A stretch of 62,044 nt of DNA, the filler included, from Dugesia japonica (taxonomy: Eukaryota): assembly GCA_001938525.1 (NCBI GenBank). It is 5 parts of 5 records of this genome, joined end to end, with 100 filler letters (N's around TTAATTAATTAA, not from the genome) between each part and the next. Parts side by side here need not be neighbours in the genome. Positions count along the whole stretch, not along the records: positions 32,917 to 53,102 come from MQRL01604510.1; positions 53,203 to 62,044 come from MQRL01641353.1; 3 more parts are not named here. One strand, 5' to 3'. This document shows positions 52,438 through 62,044 of this stretch, piece by piece. Every line of letters begins with the position of its first letter. Position 1 is the first letter of the stretch. The translations under genes and the position numbers were made by a program. The notes under the pieces were generated by a model. That model was not told where the DNA came from, searched no databases, and worked only from the letters and a program-made list of their open reading frames with translations.

Positions 52438-53073
52438 ATGTCGTCGACTAACTATTATAAACAATCCGTTTTCGATCACGCGTCTTTATCAATTGCAGTT
52501 TCTTTCATGACTGATGAAAATCAAAATTCAAATGCAAACAGTTCTTTATTGAATTACATTCGAAAATCATTTGAATTTGTTAATTTACGAAGCTCTCTTA
52601 ATAATTCAGGTTTTCTTAGTATTCTAAATTTTTAATCTTTTTTTTATAAAGATAATAAATTACGAAAAATATACTTCAATTTTAAGCAAGATTATTCATT
52701 AAAAGAAAAGGAATGGGAGAATTTTCAAGCCCATCATAAACCATTTGGATATTTATGTGTTTCTGAATTTAAAGGTGGAAACGATTTAAAAAGAATTTTA
52801 GATTTTTATACATCAGAAAAGGTGTGTTAATTTTATTTAATACTTGTTACGATCATAATACAATATGTTAAATAGGAAAAACTTGGTACAAGTATTTATG
52901 ATAGTCGATTGGTCTTTATTTTTAATGAAAATACGAAAACAATATGTAATTATATTAAAAAAACTCTTAATTCCAATGCGGAAATCTTATCGTCTGTTGA
53001 TTCTGAAACTGGTGAAGTTGTTCAAACAGATATTTCATGTAAAGATTTTAGCGAAGAACTTGGATATATTCAG
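52438..53073 (+). CDS. TRAPPC9: Trafficking protein particle complex subunit 9 (NIBP/Trs120), first three coding exons (52438-52609, 52652-52821, 52876-53073)
   Basis: GT-AG introns of 42 and 54 bp join in frame to give MSSTNYYKQSVFDHASL..EWENFQAHHKPFG..EKEKLGTSIYDSRLVFIF, matching the TRAPPC9 N-terminal motifs DH..L, EW.DFQ.HRK..G and YDSRL. Confidence 0.88.
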
Positions 53074-53202
53074 GTATTTTTATAAAAATTATGTTTATTA
53101 CTNNNNNNNNNNNNNNNNNNNNNNNNNNNNNNNNNNNNNNNNNNNNTTAATTAATTAANNNNNNNNNNNNNNNNNNNNNNNNNNNNNNNNNNNNNNNNNN
53201 NN

Positions 53203-53817
53203 GATTCAACTTTTGCAAATTTACAATAATTTCCAGTGCTGCAAATATTAATTATTAGCAAATAAAGTTAGTCAATCAAACTTTAGAAATAATACATTAA
53301 TAACGTTTGAAAATCAATCAACTAATTCTAACCTTTTTACTTATAAATCCAGTTATTTTCTAATAAAGATTTACTCGTATTTTATATAATTATATCATCA
53401 ATTTTATACATGCATTATTGACTAGAACAAGTAATATTATCCATAAATTATCCAAAATATCAAATCTATAAAATAATATAAAACATGAAATCTATACATG
53501 TTATTTTAACAACTAAATTTATAAGCATTCTTTGAAATCATTTTACCATTAAAAATTCACTTACTGTTTGCAGGTATTATTTTAGATTTTCGAAACTTTT
53601 ATAAAACACGATCATACTTTAATAGTTTTAAAAAATATCAATTTAATGCTTTGTAATAATTAAATTTATTATAAAGAGCACTATTAAAACAAATTATAGA
53701 GAATTAATTTATTATTTACTAGTTCCAGCTTAACTATTTCTGATGTTTTCATTAATTAATTACATTTTTGGTACAAATTGATTTTATTACAATATATTAA
53801 TTGATTAATTTTTAATA
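53203..53817 (+). repeat. Left arm of a ~615-bp near-perfect inverted repeat (partner 61431-62044)
   Basis: GATTCAACTTTTGCAAATTTAC.. at the contig start is the reverse complement of the last bases of the window; identity continues for ~615 bp. Confidence 0.95.
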
Positions 53818-53896
53818 TGTATTATTCAAAAAGGAAATTTCCATAAAATAGTACGATGAAGAATACAATACAATTTACCGATGAATTTGTCAATTT

Positions 53897-56800
53897 TGTC
53901 GCAGTTTCAAAAGTTCCGTGAAAATATTTAGAAAATTTTTAGAAAAAGCTACAAGTTTTTACAATTTTCATGTGAATTTTTATATTAATGATTCGAGGAG
54001 TTTTCCAAACTCTCCTAACATTGGTGGCAGCAGTAAACACTGATGCAATCTCAGAAAAGTTGTTGCCAAAAATATTTTGCAGAGGCGATGATCTAGAAAA
54101 GTTTATTAAACGGTGTGAAATATACTTTGAGTCAAAGAACATCGCTGTTACGATAATCACGAACGTTGGGTGATATTTATGCTTCATGAAAATTTAATGG
54201 AAGCATACGTGAAGACATTGAAGAAAGCTGATTGATATTGAGAGAGATTGCGATTAGCTTTTAAAAGCAAGAGATGCATAATAAAGGATTTATAGAATCT
54301 TGTAAGCTATCAACATGGTGATGAAGAAATTGAGGTGTATTTTACAAAGTGGAAGATTAAGTCGATGAATTTTTAGCAAATGGAGAGTTGACGAAAAACT
54401 CTTATCAAAAATGCTAATTATTTGTGCAAATAGTAAAAAAGCAAAAGCGCTTATCATGCGAAAATTGGAGAAATTAGAAGATATAAAAGAAACTTTATCA
54501 TTAGATGAAAAAATAGAAAAAAGAGAACCTATTTATGTAGTAAAGAGTTACGCTGGTATAACACGTTGAAAACGTTTCAGAGAAAGGAGGCAAAATACTG
54601 AAAATGTTACAAAATAAAGAGACCTAAATTATTGGACATGCCAGAGTTATGAGCATACAAAAAGAGAGTGTCCAAAAATTTCTCATGTGGAATGTTGTAC
54701 TTTTCACAAGAAAGGGGCATTTAAGTAAAAATTGCATAGACAAGAAACCAACAAGATGTTATGGGTGTGATTAGATTGGTCATATCACAATAATGTGGAC
54801 AGAAATTGTGTGTGGTAGATGTAAAAGACCGGGTCACAGAGCAGAAAAATAATATTCGAACAATAATAAACCTAGACTAGAAGATAGAAGATACAATTTT
54901 AAAAGCGGACAAGAAACAAAAGATTGGAGTCGGACAAAACCAATTCATGCTATTTGAGAAGAATTTGATGATGAGAATGAAGAGAGATTTTCTGAGAGTA
55001 TAATAGAAAATGACAATCCAAGAAGAGAATAACCAAAAAGTAGGGCTACATTAGTAGAGGAGTTGTTCGGAGCTATTCATTAAAACGAGTTACCGTTTGA
55101 ATATCCTCAAGAGACCGAGAAATGGAATGAGACGAGTAAAATTGGAGAAAAAGTTTACAGATTCTTAAAAAGAGAAAGTTTTAATAATGTGGAAATTAAC
55201 AAAGCAGAAGTGATAGGAATAATTGAAGAGAAACAGAAGGTAGAAATTTCGTGTGGAAAAATGCAAAGGAGACCTAGCATTTCAGTGATGATCAAGGGTG
55301 AATAGTTTGATTGTTTGTTGGATACAGGAGCAAGAATAATTGTGATGAGCATGAAAGGATTTAATAGACTCGGAGAAACAATGTTAGAGAAAAGCGATGA
55401 ACGATTGCATTTCTTGAATAACAGCTCTTTGGAGATAATTGGGAAGATGCGTGTCGAAGTTATAGTTTCAAAGGTGTGCAAGGAAGTAACATTTATAATA
55501 GTAGAGAAATTAATACCAAATTTAATTGGTTGAGTAAAATTTCAGAATACTTTTAGATATCATCTTCAAAAAACGTGCAGAGTAGACATCAATAATCATC
55601 GAGAAATATTTNTTTGCAATATTGAGGCAAAATTTGGAAGGCAGATACATACGGTTGAACGATTGAGACATCCATTGAAGATTCTAGAAATTAACAAAGA
55701 TCATATATTGACTGCAATTTTTAAGAATAATGAGAATGTATTTTTGTCGGATAAATGGGAAATTGGATCCACACACTTAACGAAGCATCGAATAATCACT
55801 AAAGAAGGTCCAATCAACATAAAAACGTATTGCCAACCAATGAATCTAGATGAGAAGATTAAAGAGGCCATTAATAATTTATATGATAATGGTATCATTC
55901 GGGAGTGTAATTCTCAATGGAATACGCCATTAATCTGTGTTTGGAAAAAGGAAAAAGAAAAATATAGGATTATGCTTAGACTTTAGACAGCTCAATGCAA
56001 TAACAGAAAGACAAGCTTTTCCTTTATTGAATGTGGACGAAATGCTAGATGCTTTGGAAGGTACGCGGTATTTTAGCTCAACAAACTTGGGAAATGCATA
56101 TTTTTCAGTGGACCTCAGTGAAAATTCTCAGGAAAAGATGGCTTTTACGACTAAAAAAGACAATTTTGTTTCAATAGAATGCCTTTCAGAATTGCAGCAG
56201 CACCAGGTAAGTTCCAGGAAATGATGATTAAAGTAATCGGAAAAATAAAAGGAGCGATAGTTTATCTAGATGATATTCTCGTATTTGCCGAAACAAAAGA
56301 GCAACACTATGAAATAATCAATAAAATATTAATAGAAATTAAGAAGGGTGATCTAAGAGTTAATCCTGAGAAATGTCAATTCATGCAAAAGGAGATCAAC
56401 ATTTTANNNNNNNNNNNNNNNNNNNNNNNNNNNNNNNNNNNNNNNNNNNNNNNNNNNNNNNNNNNNNNNNNNNNNNNNNNNNNNNNNNNNNNNNNNNNNN
56501 NNNNNNNNNNNNNNNNNNNNNNNNNNNNNNNNNNNNNNNNNNNNNNNNNNNNNNNNNNNNNNNNNNNNNNNNNNNNNNNGGCCAAGTAACAAGAAAAATG
56601 AATGGTCAAATGAATTAGAAGAAGTTTTTAATGAAATGAAAGAAGCAATAATGATGTCTTCAATATTATGTTTTCCAGATATAAATATAGGATTTATTTT
56701 TGACACGTATGCGAGTTTCGATACGATGGGGGCAGCATTATCTCAAAAAAACAACAAGGGGCAAGAAAAAGTAATTTCATATGGGTCACACGCAATGGGG

Positions 56801-57442
56801 AGTCATGAGAGAAGTTATTGTAATACACGAAAAAAATTGCTCCCAATTTACTACTTTTGTATTCATTTCAAGCACTACTTATTTGGGAAGAGATTTATCA
56901 TCAGAACAGACCATAAAGCCATCACTTTTATGCTAAATACCAAGAAGCTGATAACATCACAGTTTCAAACTTGTATTAATTATATGAGCAATTTAGATAT
57001 AAAATTGAAATATAGAAAAGGATCGCTTCATAAAAATTCGGATATGTTGTCAAGGAAGGAATGCGGTACATGTGCACAATGTCCAATGTTACATGAAGAA
57101 TCCAAAAGTGGAAAATTAAAAACAAGGATGTTAATTACAGTAGATATTCAAGAGAAACAAGGCAATTTTGGTGAGAATGATGAAGGGACATGGATACATG
57201 ATAATAAAGTAGAAGACGTTATAATGAGGATACACCATCTTTTGTGTCATGCTGGAGCATAAAAAGTTGCAGCGTATTTGAAGCATAAGTATAACGCGAA
57301 TCATTTGTGCAGCAAAGTACAAGAGGTTGTTCGAAGCTCTATAAAAGGCAAGAAAGCTAAAGTGTTTTAAACAAAAACGAAGGAAGAAACAAAAAAGACT
57401 CAGTCATCTGAAATGTTTGAACTGTTATTTATAGATGTGTGT
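53897..57442 (+). mobile_element. Compact Ty3/gypsy element, decayed, truncated in the integrase
   Basis: ..AACA then PBS-like TGGTGGCAGCAG (~54022); gag with about four CCHC-like knuckles (54630-54850); CLLDTGA; LDFRQLN, YLDD; RNase H (RTDHKA); integrase H..L.H and FIDVC, where it stops. Confidence 0.9.
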
Positions 57443-57576
57443 AGTAGTGTATAAATGACGGTTTCCAAGCAAGGTTGTACCTTTGCTTGTAAGTGCATTG
57501 GTTTACTTTCATAAAATAAATAGTAAAAAAGCACAGGGTAAATAACCGCTTGGAAACCGTCTTTTTAAACACTATT
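57443..57576. repeat. Short hairpin element (TAGTGT..GACGGTTTCCAAGC / GCTTGGAAACCGTC..ACACTA)
   Basis: ~26-bp inverted arms with a 14-bp perfect core, at the gypsy/Maverick junction. Confidence 0.75.
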
Positions 57577-57635
57577 TGGGTTAATGGTTTGATTTTTTGA
57601 ATTTTAAAAATATAATAAAATTTAAAAACAATAAA

Positions 57636-59080
57636 ATGAAAGAATATACTTGTAATGATTGTAAAGAAAAATTTGATGGTAAAATTAATTTATATAAACA
57701 TTTAGATTCAAGTGAATGTAGATTTAAAATTGATTTTGAATGGTTATGTGGTTATTGCAATAAAAAATTTAAGACCAGTCAAAATAAATTTAAAGAACAT
57801 AAAAAATTATTTCTTGCTAACAAATTTAAACTTCCTGGTGTAGTTTATACAAAAAAGGAAATTATTTTATCAAAAATATAAAAAATAACTTTTTATTTCC
57901 TTCTCAAATAAATATATGTTGGGATAAAATAGTGTATAGAGAATATACATATATCAGAATAAAACAGTAGTTTATTATTAATATTACAGTATGGTATTAT
58001 AGTATGGATGTATAGTATATAATTACAAATATGAAATTACAAATATAGAATTACAAATCCTCAAATATGAATTTTCAAAAANNNNNNNNNNNNNNNNNNN
58101 NNNNNNNNNNNNNNNNNNNNNNNNNNNNNNNTTTTGCCAAATGTGAAATTACAAATAAAACGGCAAAAAAATATTTAGCTCTTTTAAGGGAAATGTATTT
58201 ACAAGTAGAAAATTATAATGATAGTGATAAGTTTAAAACATTATTAAGTCTTATGGTTTCTAAATTTTGTGAATCGGAATGTAAGAGTAAATTAATAAAT
58301 CAATTTTCTAAACAAGATGCAAGAAATATTGATATTATAAAACAATTAGAAATTGATTACCAAAAAGAAAGGGATGAAAATAATAAATTAAGGGAACAAT
58401 TAAATTTAGCTCTAAAACCAAATATTATTGAACATCCAGGTTTACAACTTACATTGATAAAATACAAATAAGTTGATGATCTAATTATTACAAATGAAGA
58501 TTGTATTAATATTGCTAAAAAAATAAAAGAAAATAGTGATGATTTATGCGAAAGATTAACAAGATTAAAAGTTCCGGAAGAATATGAAGGAGAGATAAAA
58601 ATAGTTTATCCAGCTAAAATCGATTTGGCAAATTATGTAGTAAAAACTTCAAACACAAAATAAGAACCTTTAAGGTAGTTATTTTTTTATACAACCAAAT
58701 TATTTATTTATAAAATAAGAAGCTTTGCAAGTGAAATAAGTTCCTCAAATATGAATTTTCAAAAATCTATGAGGGTTTCAGCGTTAATTTTTAAATGTTC
58801 TGTTTGTAACAAGCCTTTTAAAAATAAAGCGGTGTTGTCATCACATATTCAATCACAAACATGTACAAGAGCGAGAAACATGTTTTATGAATGTAATTTA
58901 TGTTTCAAAAAATTAGCAAGTGAAAAAGGCTTGAGATTACATAAAAACTCCACGAATTATTCTGCAGAGACATGGGTCCTTCGGATTTAGTGTATTTCCA
59001 TTATTTTGTGATATTTGTAACTAGACAAAATCATGCAAAATCACATTTTAATTGTGGAATACACAAAGAGCGTGTTTTAA
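57636..59080 (+). pseudogene. C2H2-like zinc-finger and coiled-coil ORF fragments of a Maverick/adintovirus-like element
   Basis: CNDC..LYKH, CGYC..KEH, CSVC..LSSH, CNLC..LRLH motifs directly upstream of the pPolB remnant. Confidence 0.6.
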
Positions 59081-59299
59081 ATCGAGAGAAGAAGAAAATA
59101 AAAAATTATTTTATGAATTACCTGGAGATGAAGCAATTGATTTTGAAAAGAATGAAACAAGAAAATTATTTAAACATTTAAAAAATATAAAGTATTATAA
59201 ACTTGAATATTTTAAAGAAAGTAAAATTGAATTAACTAGAAATGTAAAAATTAAATTTTAAATTAATAACTTGGTTTAAATAAGAAATTACTAAAATTG

Positions 59300-60771
59300 T
59301 TGATATTTATTTTGATTATTCGAAAAAGTTGATGTTACGATTGAATGTAAATTGTAATTATACTAAAGAAGATGAAGAAAGAGTATTTAATTCATATTCA
59401 AGTAATGAAAGAATTACTATCAAAACCGATGTAAAAATTATTGTCAGAGTTATTAAATCAACTTCAAAGATATATGGAAGATGAAGATCAAAATGAAAGT
59501 GGATGGAATTTGGATTGTAATGTTTATTTTAAATTTGAACTTTCAAAATATCAATCAATTGTTGGTTTTGAGGCCCCCNATCTGGGGCGTATAAAAAACT
59601 ACCATTTATTAAACCAGGTGTAATTAATATTAAAAATAAAGATGATTTTCGTTTTTTATATTCAATTTTAGCTCATAAACATGTATTACGAGATCCAACT
59701 AGGATTACAAATTATACTCCTTATTTAAACGAATTAAAAATAAAATCCAACGGATCACACCAAATGAATTTTCCTGTAAGTATTGATGATGTAAAAGTAT
59801 TTGAAAAATTAAATGATTTTTAAGTGAATGTATTTGAAGTAACTGAGAGAGCTAAAATCTATCCAGTTTATATTTCTCATTATGATAGTAATCCTCTATC
59901 AGAAATAAATAAATGTAATTTATTATTTTACAAAGGACATTGTATTTTATGTAGAAATGTTGGTGTTTATGCAAATACTAATAAAAATAAAAACCATTGG
60001 TGTTTATATTGTACGAATTGTTACCACAGTAAAGATTTATTAATTAATCATNAAAAAGAATGTATTAATCACGATTCATCTAAAGTATATTTTGAAAATA
60101 ATAAATATTTCTCATTTAAAAATGATTATTTCTCAAATGAATTACCCTTTGTAATTTATGCGATTTCGAAAGTTGAACCGATATTAAAACTAAAACACAA
60201 AAACCATTATCTCTAGGAATTTACATCAAAAGTAAATATCAACATTTAATTCAAAATGAATTTAAAGAATTTGATGGAGAAAATATTCATGAANNNNNNN
60301 NNNNNNNNNNNNNNNNNNNNNNNNNNNNNNNNNNNNNNNNNNNNNNNNNNNNNNNNNNNNNNNNNNNNNNNNNNNNNNNNNNNNNNNNNNNNNNNNNNNN
60401 NNNNNNNNNNNNNNNNNNNNNNNNNNNNNNNNNNNNNNNNNNNNNNNNNNNNNNNNNNNNNNNNNNNNNNNNNNNNNNNNNNNNNNNNNNNNNNNNNNNN
60501 NNNNNAATCAATAAAAGAATTATTTATACCATTTTACTTTCACAATGCTTCTGGTTATGACAATCATTTATTTTTCAAAGAATTATTAAGAAAATATCCA
60601 ACAGAAGTAAAAAGAATAATTCCTCATACAGATGAAGTTTACATTTCCTTTGAATTTAGACATATTAGATTTTTAGATTCGGGAAGAATGTGTCCTTTTA
60701 CATCGATCGGCGCATTGGGTAAATCAATCAATCAGAGACTATTTCTAAATAAAAAAGTGTCTTACGCATAA
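59300..60771 (+). pseudogene. Protein-primed family B DNA polymerase (Maverick/Polinton/adintovirus type), N-terminal to exonuclease region
   Basis: ESGW, GVINIKNKDD..FLYSILAH, FPVSIDDVKVFEKLN, VNVF, NLLFYKGH, CLYC..H..EC, PFVIYA, FHNASGYDNHLF, YISF..IRFLDS; polymerase domain absent. Confidence 0.85.
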
Positions 60772-61017
60772 AACTCTTTCTAAATCTAAATTGTAATTTA
60801 ATATAAAATTNNNNNNNNNNNNNNNNNNNNNNNNNNNNNNNNNNNNNNNNNNNNNNNNNNNNNNNNNNNNNNNNNNNNNNNNNNNNNNNNNNNNNNNNNN
60901 NNNNNNNNNNNNNNNNNNNNNNNNNNNNNNNNNNNNNNNNNNNNNNNNNNNNNNNNNNNNNNNNNNNNNNNNNNNNNNNNNNNNNNNNNNNNNNNNNNNN
61001 NNNNNNNNNNNNNNNNN

Positions 61018-61430
61018 TCAGTTAAAGCTTTTTGCTGAAATAAAAAAAACTTATTTTTAATAGTTTCTAATTCATGAATTAAATTTTCTACTTCTTCCTT
61101 TTTGTTTTTATTAAAGATGAATTTAAAGTACCAATTACTGGAATACAAGAAACTACATTAGTTAAAATAATTGGAATTAATCTTACAACACCAAAAGTTC
61201 CTAAAGAAATTAATAAAGTTCCAGTTATTCCAACAATTATTCCAATAAATATTTCTGTTAATCTAATCGAAGTATTTAATCTCCTCCTTCTTTTATAAAT
61301 CTTTTTATAATGATTAATTTTATCATCAATGAAATAAAGATCAGATTCAAATTCTTCAATTCTTCAATTTAATAATTAAGTTTTGAGATATTAAATTTTA
61401 TATTTTTTATCTTTGTAACTATATTTATTA
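61018..61430 (-). pseudogene. Maverick/adintovirus-type small membrane protein remnant
   Basis: Hydrophobic EIFIGIIVGITGTLLISLGTFGVV.. followed, after a frameshift, by ..LETIKNKF....KALT, resembling the TM + KAL.D ORF found in Mavericks/adintoviruses. Confidence 0.45.
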
Positions 61431-62044
61431 TATTAAAATTAATCAATTAATATATTGTAATAAAATCAATTTGTACCAAAAATGTAATTAATTAATGAAA
61501 ACATCAGAAATAGTTAAGCTGGAACTAGTAAATAATAAATTAATTCTCTATAATTTGTTTTAATAGTGCTCTTTATAATAAATTTAATTATTACAAAGCA
61601 TTAAATTGATATTTTTTAAAACTATTAAAGTATGATCGTGTTTTATAAAAGTTTCGAAAATCTAAAATAATACCTGCAAACAGTAAGTGAATTTTTAATG
61701 GTAAAATGATTTCAAAGAATGCTTATAAATTTAGTTGTTAAAATAACATGTATAGATTTCATGTTTTATATTATTTTATAGATTTGATATTTTGGATAAT
61801 TTATGGATAATATTACTTGTTCTAGTCAATAATGCATGTATAAAATTGATGATATAATTATATAAAATACGAGTAAATCTTTATTAGAAAATAACTGGAT
61901 TTATAAGTAAAAAGGTTAGAATTAGTTGATTGATTTTCAAACGTTATTAATGTATTATTTCTAAAGTTTGATTGACTAACTTTATTTGCTAATAATTAAT
62001 ATTTGCAGCACTGGAAATTATTGTAAATTTGCAAAAGTTGAATC
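61431..62044 (-). repeat. Right arm of the ~615-bp inverted repeat
   Basis: Reverse complement of 53203-53817. Confidence 0.95.

Overview
Very AT-rich eukaryotic DNA with 42-54 bp introns; a planarian flatworm is a plausible source (inference, not shown). The window is five unrelated contigs (1-9082, 9183-24037, 24138-32816, 32917-53102, 53203-62044) joined by artificial 100-bp spacers (44 N + TTAATTAATTAA + 44 N), so nothing is linked across those joins. Host genes: the 3' exons of a FAM184A-like gene and the 5' exons of TRAPPC9. Most of the rest is decayed mobile DNA: hAT, maT/DD37D, Tc1/DD34E, a plant-type (DD39D-like) mariner, mariner, an RLE-clade LINE, small gypsy elements and a Maverick/adintovirus remnant. 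The main feature is a 5'-truncated, decayed giant Ty3/gypsy element on the minus strand (32917-46650). Reading through point stops and a few frameshifts, its apparent polyprotein is: Bcl-2 BH2-like segment, hydrophobic signal/anchor, chuvirus-like class III fusion glycoprotein, TM, protease 1, protease 2, RT, RNase H, integrase with an AT-hook, and a second type I membrane protein with a PPxY motif. Three accessory genes follow (small coiled-coil, BIR-BIR-RING IAP, long coiled-coil), each behind an AG-AA(A)-ATG acceptor-like motif, then a PPT and the 3' LTR. It looks like an enveloped retrovirus-like element with env upstream of pol and two classes of apoptosis regulator. Family assignments come from motif recognition by eye; no searches were run.
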